A stretch of DNA of 64,000 nucleotides from Pelagomonas calceolata (lineage: Eukaryota). A model generated the notes under the pieces. That model searched no databases and was not told the origin of the DNA. It saw only the letters and a program-made list of their open reading frames with translations. A program made the position numbers and the translations under genes. This document shows positions 49,188 to 59,408 of this stretch, piece after piece (position 1 is the first letter of the stretch; each line of letters opens with the position of its first letter). Location: assembly GCA_918797485.1 (NCBI GenBank), contig CAKKNE010000001.1, positions 3,472,001 to 3,536,000 on the forward strand. Direction: 5' to 3'.

Positions 49188-50330
49188 ATGGCGCCCTCCG
49201 CCATCAGCAAGTTCAGCAACTACGCCGCGTCGCAAGGCCGGCCCGACCTCGCCGAGCTGCTTCCCACCGAGGAGGGCGCCCCCGTCGTCATCGAATTGGG
49301 CGCGGCGAACGCGTCGCGACTGTTGGATGACGAGGACGCTGAAGTGATCGCGGAGGGCTCGAAGGACGCGGGATTGTGGATCGAGAAAGTCGCGCTGCCG
49401 CACCATTCGGTGGGCGACGCCGGCGCTGCCCATCTGGCCAAGCTGTCCATGTGCAAGGCGCTCGATCTCACGGCCAATGGTTTATCAGCGAAGGGCCTCG
49501 AGGCCATCACCGAAGCCATGACCGGCGTCACCTCCCTCAAACTGGGCTGGAACGCCTTAGGAAGGGCGGGCGGCGAGATCGTCGCAAAGGCTATGGGTCG
49601 GCCGGGCTGCCCCCTGAAGGAACTGGACCTGAGCCATTGCGAAATCGACGCGCCCGGGTTAATAGCCATCTGCGCGGTTTTGAGACATGAGGAGACGGCG
49701 CCGCCCATCGAAATCCTGGACCTGGGCAGCAACAAGCTCTTCTGCGAGACGCACGAGGACGTCGCGAAACAAGTGTCCACTTGTGTCGGCCTGAACAAAA
49801 CGCTGAAAGTCCTGAGACTGCGCAATTTGAGATTCGACGACGCCTGCGCCGGCTACATCAGCGACGCTATTCGAGTAAACAAGTCGTTGACCGAAGTTGA
49901 TTTATCTGCGAATAGAATATGCGCGGCCGGCGCCGCGGCGTTAGCTGGGGCGTTGTACGATGCTTGCTTTACCGCAAGACGCAAGCAGATGGAGCCCGAA
50001 CCGCCCCTGAAGAAGCTGGACCTCTCGCGCAATGTGGTGGGAGACGGCGGCGCCGCGGCTTTGGCGGAGATGATCGCCGCCGACCCTTCTCTCACAGAGT
50101 TGCGGGTCTGCAACAACGGCATCCGGGACGAGGGCGGGGCCGCTCTCGCGACCGCGTGCCTCGCGAAGACGCATCTCGAGTACCTGGCCATGTGGGGCAA
50201 CACGTTCGGGCCCAAGGCCTGCGCGGCCATCGACCACCTGGACAACGGGGACCACGACGCGTTCGTGGATCTGGACGTCCGGACTTATGAGGTAGACGGC
50301 AAGCTCAAGGCGTCGCGGGCGAATAAGTAG
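49188..50330 (+). CDS. Leucine-rich repeat protein (RNI-like, LRRC34-like)
   Basis: Repeated LxxLDLSxNxI/VGDxGAxALA. Confidence 0.85.
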   Translation: MAPSAISKFSNYAASQGRPDLAELLPTEEGAPVVIELGAANASRLLDDEDAEVIAEGSKDAGLWIEKVALPHHSVGDAGAAHLAKLSMCKALDLTANGLSAKGLEAITEAMTGVTSLKLGWNALGRAGGEIVAKAMGRPGCPLKELDLSHCEIDAPGLIAICAVLRHEETAPPIEILDLGSNKLFCETHEDVAKQVSTCVGLNKTLKVLRLRNLRFDDACAGYISDAIRVNKSLTEVDLSANRICAAGAAALAGALYDACFTARRKQMEPEPPLKKLDLSRNVVGDGGAAALAEMIAADPSLTELRVCNNGIRDEGGAALATACLAKTHLEYLAMWGNTFGPKACAAIDHLDNGDHDAFVDLDVRTYEVDGKLKASRANK

Positions 50331-51485
50331 CAATTCTTAAACTCGAATTCGAGACGTCGCCGAAGGCCCGCCTCGCGAACGCCGAGCCGTCCATGAGCCG
50401 CCTTCTAGCGAAAGAACGGAAGCTGTTCAGCACCTGGACGGGCCGCGGCGAGTTGTGCGTGCCGGGGAAGAGGACGAGCTCGCCGCGGCGCGTCGCCTCG
50501 TGTAAAGTCTCGGCGTGTTTGACGGGTACGAGGTCGTCTTCATGAGCTCCGGCGAAGAGCACCGGTGTCATTGCAAGTTTTTTGCATACCTCGTCGACGC
50601 GCCGCTCCCGCGGGTCCCAGCCCGCCACCCTCTTAACTTCGACGAACGCCGCGTCGAGGACGCGGCGCCGGAAGGCCCGCGGCAGCGCCGGCGCTCTCCT
50701 CTCAAACAGCCCCTCGCAGGCGTCACTTAAATTCGAAAAGGCCGAATCCGCAATAACGCCGCGGACCGGCGCGTCGTTCATTTCGGCCTCGCGCGCGTAT
50801 CCTAAACAGGCCACGGCGCCGGCCGACCGCCCCCACAACAAAATGTGGTCGATCTTCGCCTCCTTGCGCAGCCAGTCGACGCACGCCGCGACGTCCGCTA
50901 TTTCATAATCGCCGCCTAAGGACCCGACGTCGCCGTCGCTCCGCCCCTGGGCCGTCGTGTCCACGGCCAGGAGGGACGCGCCGATGGCGCACGCAACTGA
51001 TAAAGGTGCGTCGGCGGCCTCGGCCCGGCTCGACCCGGCGCCGTGCACGTAGACTATTGCTGGGCGCGGTTCCAGGTACCTGCGTGGGACGAATCCGTCA
51101 TGAAAACGTAGGCGCCGCGTTGACGCCATCGCCGCGACGGCGCAAAGAGGACGCCGCATCAGCACGTCGCGCCGGTCTTGGCCCACGTCTTCGCCGTCGA
51201 CCAGAACGACGCGTGCAGCCGGAGGCCGCGGCGGTTCGTCAGCACGACGTCCTCGCGCGTGACGATGAGCCCCTCGCGGCCCGTGCGGCTCGGCCCCAGC
51301 GCGTCTCGCCCGTAGGCGCGGCGCGGCGGCCGCGCGAGGGCCTGCACGGCCGTCTGCACGAAGTGCTTCTCGACGAGGCTCGGCGCGAGGCTGCAGGCGA
51401 GCGACGAGAGGTAGCTTTCTTGCTCTTGTGGTGGTTCGTCCGTCGCGTGCGCGTCGATTTGTCCTGCGCCGAGGCAGGCGCCCAT
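50305..51485 (-). CDS. Alpha/beta hydrolase; two exons (51485-51187, 51079-50305)
   Basis: MGAC N-terminus, RPPR..Y, VYVHG, LWGRSAGA nucleophile elbow, DDLV, GTHN; GT-AG intron 51186-51080 joins the frames. Confidence 0.85.
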
Positions 51486-51560
51486 CGCGCGATGTATGGG
51501 GCGCGTCGCAGCGTCAGGCTGCCCGGCCGTCTCTCGCACAGGACCAAACGATTTTTGCTT

Positions 51561-51585
51561 ACTAGTGCCTTACATGTGCGCTAGC
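51561..51585 (-). promoter_or_regulatory. Bipartite CTAG upstream motif (variant)
   Basis: Plus strand ACTAGTGCCTTACATGTGCGCTAGC between divergent genes. Confidence 0.55.
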
Positions 51586-51743
51586 GGCCATCTATAATCG
51601 CTTTTCGAGCTCGCGCCGGCGCGGAGACAGCAAGAGTCTTAAGTACGACTCGTTGTAGCCTTTGTAGGCCTCGCCAGAGCGCGGGTCGCTGACAACTGTG
51701 CGAGCTCGTACTCCAACACACATATCAATCTACTCTCAGCAGC

Positions 51744-52952
51744 ATGGATGCTGAGCCCGCAGCCGCCGAGCCTGCCGCAGAGCCCCCCGCTGGTGAGCCG
51801 GACGCGGCCGGTGATGGCCTCGGCGTCGATGGCATGGACGAGGCCCCCGCCGAAGGCATGGACGCCGCCGCGCGCTTAGGTTTGCCCGTCAAGACGGCCG
51901 AAGAGGAAGCAAAAGAAAAGGAGGACGCCGAGCTGCGAGACCTCAAAAAACAAGTGCTAGAAGAAGAAAAGCGGAAACGGGCGGAGCGCTTCAACATGGA
52001 GGTCGACGAACCGGAGAAGAAGGACGAGCCCTGGGCGCCGCCCGACGGCGTGCCCTGGTCGCTCTTCAAGAAGCAGCAGCTCGACGCCAAGCGGAAACCG
52101 AGCAGGGGCCCCGCCATCACGACGGGCTTCGACATCTCCACGGCCGAAGAACGGGCCAAGGCCGCTTCACGTCTCGCGAAGTTCGACCCGGAAGCCGCCG
52201 AAAAGTTGCAAAAAGAACAACAGGAGAAAGATGAGGAGTTCGCGCAGCGGGCGAAAAGACTGGCGCGCTTCGGCGGCCAGGATTTGGGGGAACACGGGGC
52301 CGCTTGGACTAGGTTTGAGGCGGAAGCTTTGAGGCCTTTGAAACTGTCGGCCGAGGAACTGCTAGCTGATGATCCTGATCGTACTGATGGAGACGCGCAG
52401 GCGACGGAGAAATTACATCTGCGAGTATTGCCAGTTGATAGGCAGGTCTTCAAGAAGCTGCGGAGTAATGATTTGGAGGGCCATTTCTCGGCCTACGGCG
52501 CGTCGTACGTCGAATGGCTCGGGGAACAATCCGCGAACGTCTGGTTCCCGGACGCCGACAACGCGGCACGGGCGAAACTGGCCCTCGCCGCCGAGATTCC
52601 CGCGGCGCCCTTCGGCGACGTCGACCTGAGCGGGTGGCGCCTCGCGAAAATAGAAAAAACGAAAGGAGACAAGTGGGGCAAGCGAGGGACAGCCGCGCGC
52701 TGCCTCGTGCGCTTCGGCGGTTCAAATGATGTGCTCGCCGAGAAGCCGAAGTTCGCGAACCCGGACCCGACGAAAAGAGGCAAATTCAAGGCGCCGAAGA
52801 AGAAGCGCGGCCGCGGCAAGCGCAAGATGAACCCGGAGAAGGTCGTCGGGAGCATCGAGGGCGGCCTCGGGGCGTCGCGGGGCTACGGGACGCCGCTCGA
52901 TTTCGGGGATTCGGAGCCGGCGGCGAAGCGGTCCAAAGGTGGTGAGGAGTAA
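51744..52952 (+). CDS. NCBP3: Nuclear cap-binding subunit 3-like RRM protein
   Basis: RAERF motifs; EKLHLRV...FSAYGASYVEWLGEQSANVWF. Confidence 0.75.
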   Translation: MDAEPAAAEPAAEPPAGEPDAAGDGLGVDGMDEAPAEGMDAAARLGLPVKTAEEEAKEKEDAELRDLKKQVLEEEKRKRAERFNMEVDEPEKKDEPWAPPDGVPWSLFKKQQLDAKRKPSRGPAITTGFDISTAEERAKAASRLAKFDPEAAEKLQKEQQEKDEEFAQRAKRLARFGGQDLGEHGAAWTRFEAEALRPLKLSAEELLADDPDRTDGDAQATEKLHLRVLPVDRQVFKKLRSNDLEGHFSAYGASYVEWLGEQSANVWFPDADNAARAKLALAAEIPAAPFGDVDLSGWRLAKIEKTKGDKWGKRGTAARCLVRFGGSNDVLAEKPKFANPDPTKRGKFKAPKKKRGRGKRKMNPEKVVGSIEGGLGASRGYGTPLDFGDSEPAAKRSKGGEE

Positions 52953-52964
52953 ATTACAACACAC

Positions 52965-53900
52965 TTACTTGAGCCGCTCGTAGTCCACGCGGTAGGTCCT
53001 CACATCTACTGCCCTACCATCTGCAGCTTGAGCCTTCATGGCGGCGATGCCCTCCGTGCCGACCAGCCACGTCGACGTGCGTTGCGTGGAGGTGATGCGT
53101 CCGTCCTTCGTCCTTGTAAAAAGATTGATGGTCTCGATGTCCTTGACCGACGGCGGCTGCACGAGGTCCTTGCCGGGGAGCGAAATGGACTGCCGCGAGA
53201 GCTCGCCGGCGTCGAAGACCAGGAGGCCAGACGAGTCGCGGAGCTCGCCCGCCGACGGCTCGAAGCGGCGCGCCAGCGCCCTCAATTCCGCGCGGTAGGT
53301 GACCTCCGAACCCTCGGGCCGGAGCTTGAAGATGAGCCCGTTCGGGTCGAAGGCGTCGGAGCTCGGCAGCTGCTGTAACACATCGCGTCCGCCCATCGTT
53401 GCGGCTGCGATGCTCCCAATGTTATAAGGGCGATCGGCGATGAGGCGTCCACGGCCGTCGCGAATCCACCGCGCCTCGTAGACGACAGGCGCCGCCTCAA
53501 GCTCCGCGCGCGCCGCGGCGAGCGACGCGTTGCCGCCGAAGAGGGGAGCTCCACACGGTGCCGACACCTCGACCGCCTTCGACGTCACGCGCCAGGTCCC
53601 TTCAAAGAAGTCGGGATAGTAGACGTCGGGCGCGTCGAGTCCGTAGCTCCCCTGCGCCAGCGTCTTCTGGCCCACGCGCCGTCGCAGCGTCGTCAGCGCG
53701 CCGGCGTTGTCCGAGGGCAGCGCCGCGGTCGCGAGAGGCCACGCGGCCGCCCCGCCGACGCCGTAGCGGAGCGCTTGGCGCCGCGTCTGCTGAGTTGGTG
53801 ACGCTGCGGCTTGGCATCGCGTCCGCTGTTGAGTCGGCGGCGCCGCGGCGGCCGCGGAACCGATCAAGAAGAACAGCACCGCGTCGCATCGATGGAGCAT
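52965..53900 (-). CDS. Probable plastid/thylakoid hypothetical protein (DUF6816-like)
   Basis: Signal peptide, TRRQAL twin-Arg-like segment; YYPDFFEGTWRVTS, ADRPYN. Confidence 0.65.
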   Translation of the reverse strand: MLHRCDAVLFFLIGSAAAAAPPTQQRTRCQAAASPTQQTRRQALRYGVGGAAAWPLATAALPSDNAGALTTLRRRVGQKTLAQGSYGLDAPDVYYPDFFEGTWRVTSKAVEVSAPCGAPLFGGNASLAAARAELEAAPVVYEARWIRDGRGRLIADRPYNIGSIAAATMGGRDVLQQLPSSDAFDPNGLIFKLRPEGSEVTYRAELRALARRFEPSAGELRDSSGLLVFDAGELSRQSISLPGKDLVQPPSVKDIETINLFTRTKDGRITSTQRTSTWLVGTEGIAAMKAQAADGRAVDVRTYRVDYERLK

Positions 53901-54133
53901 CTTTAGACCACTTCAAAAGGTCTGCAAATCCGAGCTCTTGACCTCTCTCGACGCGCGCGCGGCTGGCTGACGTTGTTGCAGTGGTTGGAGCTGGCTGGTG
54001 AGTACTGCCCGTACGCGTCGCGGAATGCACTGAGGCGTCGTGCAAGTGGACAGAGGCTATCAGGAGCTCTCTTGAAGGCAGCGCTGCTGCACCTCGCGCT
54101 CCTACTGGCTAGCTCGCCGCGGGTGCCTGGCTT

Positions 54134-54156
54134 GCTAGTGCCCTACTGACGCTAGC
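54134..54156 (-). promoter_or_regulatory. Bipartite CTAG upstream motif (variant)
   Basis: Plus strand GCTAGTGCCCTACTGACGCTAGC between divergent genes. Confidence 0.5.
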
Positions 54157-54277
54157 TCTCTGCAAAACTGAGCGTTTCGCGCCACCAGCGCGACTGGTCG
54201 AGCAGCCAAAACGCGTTTCGCACGCTACCAGCGCGACCGGTCGAGCAGGCGTCGAGCCGTCGAGCAGCGTACGCACG

Positions 54278-55349
54278 ATGTTGCTAATCACAGCACTACT
54301 GGTTACGAATGCCGCAGCCCTCGCGCCCCCGCTGCGCACTTTGCTCTCCCGCTCCGCGAAACCAAAAGCGCGGGAAGAGGCCATCACTCTGATCACCGAA
54401 ATGGAGAGAGAAGAGAGGGACAAATTCCTCGATTACGTGAACACTGTCCGAGACACACCTTCCAAGCTCGCGCGGCGGCCCCTGATGCGCTACGCGCCGA
54501 TTTCTTGGTCGGCGCGAGACCTCGCCGCGCTGGACCGCGTCTTGGATATCGGCGGCGTGCCCGAGGACGACGCTTCCAAGCGGCGCGTCGTGCTCTCGAC
54601 GCTGAGGCAGCTCGCGAACACTCGCGGCGTCTTGAAGCTTGAACGGGAAGCGCGGCGGCGGGCGAGGCTTTCTGCCTCCTTCGACGAGATGCTCGAGCGG
54701 ACGCCCAAGATTGGGACTCCCGCATTCGAGATCGTCGAGGAGCAGGGCGCGTTCCAGGTGCGGCGCTACGCTGATTTCGCGGTGGTCCGCACGGCGCGCC
54801 AGCGGGCCGTCTCCGACGACGGCGTCAAGCTGGGAGAACCCAAGATGTCAGGTGCCGGGGCCTTCCAAGCGTTGGCAGGCTATATCTTTGGGAAGAACAA
54901 GCGCGACGAGAAGATGGCAATGACGACGCCGGTCTTTACACGCGCCGGCCAGCTCCTGTGTAGAAATCAACCTTCGCCACGCCATCGACGCGATGTCTCG
55001 ATTCCACACAGGTCAGATGGAGTTCGTACTACCGGAGGCCTACTGGAAAGATCTTGGGAAGGCACCGGCGCCCGTGTCGAACGTGGAGCTCACCTACGGC
55101 GAGGGCGGGCTTGTGGCCGCCGCGTACTATGGAGGCTACGCTACGAAGGACGAAGTCGAGCGGAGATCGGCCGAGCTCGTCGAGGCGATCAACGCGAGCG
55201 AGGACTACGACGTGGCCGGCGAGACATATTCCGCCGCGTACAACGACCCCTTCACACCGCCATGGCGACGGCGCAACGAGGTGCTCGTGGCCGTGCAGCA
55301 AAAGGCAGGGGCTCCGCCCACTCGTCCTAGCACCGTAACAAGCAATTGA
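54278..55349 (+). CDS. SOUL heme-binding protein; two exons (54278-54947, 55012-55349)
   Basis: FQVRRY, AFQALAGYIFG, MAMTTPVF, MEFVLP, YNDPFTPPWRRRNEV. Confidence 0.9.
54948..55011 (+). mobile_element. Introner-type GC-AG intron (64 nt)
   Basis: TIR CTGTGTAGAAATCAA...TCGATTCCACACAG; degenerate TSD GCCAGCTC/GTCAGATG; internal ACGCCATCGACGCGA. Confidence 0.8.
55307..55337 (-). repeat. Dispersed repeat A, 5' module
   Basis: TACGGTGCTAGGACGAGTGGGCGGAGCCCCT on the minus strand. Confidence 0.8.
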
Positions 55350-55519
55350 TCAAAAAGCACTGGTAGTTCCTGGCTGAGAGGGTAAAATTTTTAGAAGAAG
55401 AAACAAAGAGGAAAAGGGCGTGGAAGAGGAAGAGGCGTCGCCTAATAAGCGAACGCGCAGGGCGGGGCGGGGGAAAGGTCGCGTGTTCGGTGCGTGGGTA
55501 GTGTCGCACCCCGTGTACG

Positions 55520-55872
55520 CGCCAGAGCCAGCGGCCGCCGGAGAGCGCCAGCGAGCCCTTGACGATCAATGCGCCGACGTTCCAGTTCCGGTCGACCTCG
55601 ACGGCGCCCTCGATGATGCAGAGCGTGTTCGCGCCGCAGGTCGCCGCGAGCTCCGACGATAGCTTGTTGCCGGCGACCGTGACTTGGGCGAGAGTGGATT
55701 TGCCCTTGTTCCGGCACTGATCGAGAGCGGCCGGTAGCGGCGCGGTGTAGAGGTCGTTGTGCAGTTCTGCAAAGCGCGCGTTCCAGGCGCTATTGTCACT
55801 CTGGCTGAAGCCCTCGACACTAAGTTGCGTCGCGAGCGCGAGCGCGAGAAGCGTTAGGGCGCGAGGCGCCAT
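55520..55872 (-). pseudogene. 5' fragment of a secreted G8-domain-like protein, apparently truncated
   Basis: Signal peptide from ATG 55872; CGANTLCII..NWNVGALIVKGSL..WL, then low-complexity sequence and no room for further exons. Confidence 0.45.
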
Positions 55873-56127
55873 GGTTTTGGTTGTGGTCGTCACGCGTATC
55901 GTTTACAGAAGCGTACGACGTACGTACGCGCTGAAAAAAGGCTCAAGCCCGGTTAGCCTGCCTGTAAAAACCCGGGAATCTAGCTGTCCGGCGGCAAATT
56001 TCCCGCGCGACAATCAATTGCCCGTCCTTCCGACGCCTTCCGTAAGGCTGGGACAGCTCCAAGCGCAGTGGTCGGCATTCGTGCTCGTCCGCGTCACACG
56101 ACATTCTACTTACTCGAAACAAACCCA

Positions 56128-57669
56128 TCAAGCCTCAGGAATCCAACACGAGTGGAACCCGTACGGGACCCCGCCCGCGGACAGCGTCGCGCGCGCGAGC
56201 TCCTCCAGCGCCGGCGACGCGACGACTAGGTGCGCGTCGCCCGCGGCGTCGTGGACCACGACCATGACCACGTAGTCGTCAGGCACGCCCGGCCGCGGCA
56301 CGACGAGCGCCTCGCCGACGACGACGGCGCCGAAGCCGTTCGCGATGGTCTCTTGTGTCTCGCAATCTGTGCGCGTCAAGAGGTTCCCGACGTTGCCCGG
56401 CCGTTTTAAACCCACCGCGTAGACGAAGCGGTGGCGCCGCCCCGCCAGCCGCGGGTCGACCACGGGAAACTCGCAGAACTCGCCCGCCGCCGGGCCGTCG
56501 AGCCGGGTCGCGCGCACGTCCGCGTCGCTCCCCAGCTCAATCGACAAACGCGTCAGCCGCGACGGCGTCGCCCCGTTCGTCGACGGCGCCGCGCGCATGC
56601 GATCCAGCGCGAGGCCGTTGAGCATCGACGCGTCGTCGTAATAGCCGACGTCGACGTGCAACGTCGTGCCTTCTACAAACGCGTTCGCCGCGTGGAAGAA
56701 AAAACAAGGTTCGCGCAATGTACGCTTTGTAACCTCCTCGCCCTTTTCAATGTCTACAACTCGAAGAGTCGTCGGCGCATTATCGCGCCAGTCGAAGGCG
56801 ATGTGGGCCGCGTCCGCCACTCCCACCAAAGCCGCCACATTATACACGCACGGGGTCTCGATAACAATCGCGTACCGGCCCCCCACCGCAAAGGAGTGGT
56901 GCCAACTGACATCGGGAAAGTTTTGGGAGGGCGCGAGGTCGCAGATGCGTCGAGGGTGCTGGAAGTTGCCATCTGATTTGTAGACCGTGTATTTCGGCAC
57001 GGGAAATAGGGCCGTGGCCACATTCACAAAACCGTCTCCATAAGGGATAGGGTGCGCGGTGTGCAGCAGCCCGGGCAGGTCGCTCCCTTTATACGAGTGC
57101 GCGCCTAGCGTCTCCAGGGTTTTAGGATCGATGGCGTACGAAGCCCGCGTCGGCTCCGAGAGGCAGACGGCGCGTCCATCGGCAGTCGGCACGACCGACA
57201 CGCACGCGTTGTCCGTGGTGCCTCCGGCCAAAACGCCGCGCATCAACGAGACGGCCCTCCCAGCAAGCCCCACGCCGGCGGCCGTCCCGAACTCGTTGTA
57301 GAGCAGTCCTCCATTGGTAGAAGCGTACTCGTAGGCTTGCGACCGGAGATAGCGGCTCGTCCACTTCACAGAATTCGTGGCGCCGTCCACTTCGAAGCGC
57401 GACAACAGCGCCATCCCATCAAAAAGGTGGCTGCAGTTCTGCCTCGCAGTCGTGAAGCGGCCGGGACCGTTGCGGACGACGGCGCCCGCGAGCCATTTTG
57501 GCAACGTGCCCGTCGTCCGCAGTTTACAGGCATCCGTGCAGCGCGCCGCCGGAAAGTCGTCCAGACTCGTGCCGACGCGGGGCGGCTGGGCGCGGCGACA
57601 GCGTGGAGGCTGGTGCCACAGCAGTGCGCTGCAGGCTTGCAGCAGCAGCAGCACTCGAGCGAAACGCAT
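56128..57669 (-). CDS. Carotenoid cleavage oxygenase (RPE65/CCD family)
   Basis: RNGPG, HLFDG, TAHP, WHHSF, FFHAANAF, EFP, PYGFHSCW. Confidence 0.92.
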   Translation of the reverse strand: MRFARVLLLLQACSALLWHQPPRCRRAQPPRVGTSLDDFPAARCTDACKLRTTGTLPKWLAGAVVRNGPGRFTTARQNCSHLFDGMALLSRFEVDGATNSVKWTSRYLRSQAYEYASTNGGLLYNEFGTAAGVGLAGRAVSLMRGVLAGGTTDNACVSVVPTADGRAVCLSEPTRASYAIDPKTLETLGAHSYKGSDLPGLLHTAHPIPYGDGFVNVATALFPVPKYTVYKSDGNFQHPRRICDLAPSQNFPDVSWHHSFAVGGRYAIVIETPCVYNVAALVGVADAAHIAFDWRDNAPTTLRVVDIEKGEEVTKRTLREPCFFFHAANAFVEGTTLHVDVGYYDDASMLNGLALDRMRAAPSTNGATPSRLTRLSIELGSDADVRATRLDGPAAGEFCEFPVVDPRLAGRRHRFVYAVGLKRPGNVGNLLTRTDCETQETIANGFGAVVVGEALVVPRPGVPDDYVVMVVVHDAAGDAHLVVASPALEELARATLSAGGVPYGFHSCWIPEA

Positions 57670-57974
57670 TGTTAGACTGACAAACGAGCGCTCACGCGCT
57701 GACGACGGCTACGCGCCTCAGCAAGCCACAACTTGCTGAGAGCTTTTTGCACTGCCTGCTCAGCCTTCTCTGTCTTGCCGCGCGGCTAGGCCTCCGCGGG
57801 TATCACGCGTCACAGACGCGAGCGCACAGGCGAGCATTCATCGCAGCAGAGCGCTCCGCACGGTTCCCGCTCGACGCGGCGTACCTCTGCACTGCTGAGT
57901 GTAGCTTAGACAGGGCGCGCGAGTGCTGCGCGTCGTGCACCCTGGCGCCTGTGCTGCTCTTGGCGGCTCCAACA

Positions 57975-59158
57975 ATGGTCGTAGTCTCGCCGTCGACTCT
58001 TGGTCTCGGTGCTGCTGCCGTCACGGCATGGGCGTTGCAACGCCGCCGCCTCGGCACGGACAAACGGATGGTCGTCGTCGACGCCGGCTCCGGCAGCACG
58101 CGCTGCGTCTGCTTAGGGACGCGGCGATGCGACGGCGCCGTCCGTGTCGTCGGTGGGCCCGAACGCGTGCCACGGCGACTCGGCGACGCCCTGCTCGCGG
58201 ACGAGGTCGACGCCTGGGCAAGGGATGTCGCCCGCGCCGTCGATGCGATCGCGCCCCGAAGCACGACGCCCGTCCGTGGGGCCGCCACGGCCGGCGCGCG
58301 CGAGGCGCTGCGCAAGCGCGGCGAGAAAGACCTCGGCAAAGCCGGCCGCGCCGTCGAGGCGGCGCTCGCGGCGAGTACCGCGGGCCGCCCGACGGCCTTC
58401 GCCGTGCTGAGCGGCGCCGAGGAGGCGCGGCTCGAGTTTAGGGCCGTCAACGCGGCGCTGCCGGGCGTCGGAGTGTTAGCTGGAGGCGGCAAGAGCCTGC
58501 AGGTCGCGTCGAGTCTCGAAGACGCGGCGTCGCTGGATCTGGACTCGTTCGCCGGCCACGAGCGCGTCAAGAAGCACGTACCGCGGCGGCGTCCTGGGTT
58601 TGTGTCTTCGACCGATTGGCGCAACGGTAGCGCGTCAGATTCCAGTCCTGAAGGTTACGCGTTCGAATCGCGTATCGGTCACTGGACGGAGCCCTGTGCG
58701 CCGATCCGACGGTCACCACACAGGGCGCGAAGGCCGGCGCGATGATGCACGAGTGGGCGAGCCGGAAGGACGTCGCGAACGCGCTGCAAGGAAGCGTGCG
58801 AACGTATCAAGGGCGCTTCGCGCTCGTGGAGCTCGCGGCCGGCGCGCTGCACCTCGCGGGCGGGCCGATGAACGATGACGTGTCCGCGGCGGCCTTCGCC
58901 GCGCTCCTGAAGAAGCGGCGTGCCGACCTCGAGGCGCAGCTGAACCCCACCGAAAACTCGGCCGACCGGCCGCTTGTGAACGACGAGGCGAGCGCGGCGG
59001 CGGTGCGGGAGCTGATCTACGCGGTCCAGCTCGGCTGCGTGCTGGATTTGGTCTTCAAGGACGACGCGACGTTCCGCGCGCTGCCGCCGAAGGCCGTGGG
59101 CCGCGAGCCGGCGGTGAACTGGGCGCTCGGGCTTTATTTGGATCGGCGAGATAATTAA
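57975..59158 (+). CDS. GDA1/CD39 apyrase-like (ASKHA) phosphohydrolase; two exons (57975-58577, 58724-59158)
   Basis: VVVDAGSGSTR, ATAGAR, LSGAEEA, GGGKSLQ; GT-AG intron 58578-58723 joins in frame with ORF 58742-59158. Confidence 0.75.
58610..58681 (+). tRNA. trnW: tRNA-Trp (CCA), intronic
   Basis: Acceptor stem GACCGAT/ATCGGTC, D-arm GCGC/GCGC, anticodon CCA at 58642-58644, T-arm ACGCG-TTCGAAT-CGCGT. Confidence 0.92.
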
Positions 59159-59223
59159 TAGTGTTCATAGAGAGGTGTGCTCGTTTTTTTTGCGTTTTTC
59201 CGTGCGGCGACCGATCCATCTTT

Positions 59224-59246
59224 GCTAGCGGTTGTAAGACACTAGC
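59224..59246 (+). promoter_or_regulatory. Bipartite CTAG upstream motif
   Basis: GCTAGCGGTTGTAAGACACTAGC upstream of the kelch gene. Confidence 0.6.
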
Positions 59247-59408
59247 AAGCTCTCCAGACTCCGGTCCGCTGCGCTGTGCTACTGTGCTTATCTACGGTCC
59301 GGGCTGCAGCATTGACGGCGGGCCCTGGCACCCCAGACGCCCCAGCGGCCTCGAGCTCGACAGCTTCAGCGCTGCAACGTCTCTGGGCAGCACAGCGGCC
59401 ACAGGAAG

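Noticed and set aside
52965..57669. Pigment or plastid metabolic gene cluster (SOUL, carotenoid oxygenase, plastid protein)
   Set aside because: No shared pathway is evident; plastid-targeted genes are scattered throughout the window.
58610..58681. tRNA as an integration site or suppressor/Sec tRNA
   Set aside because: No integrase or duplicated tRNA 3' end was seen; the anticodon is plain CCA with a short variable loop.
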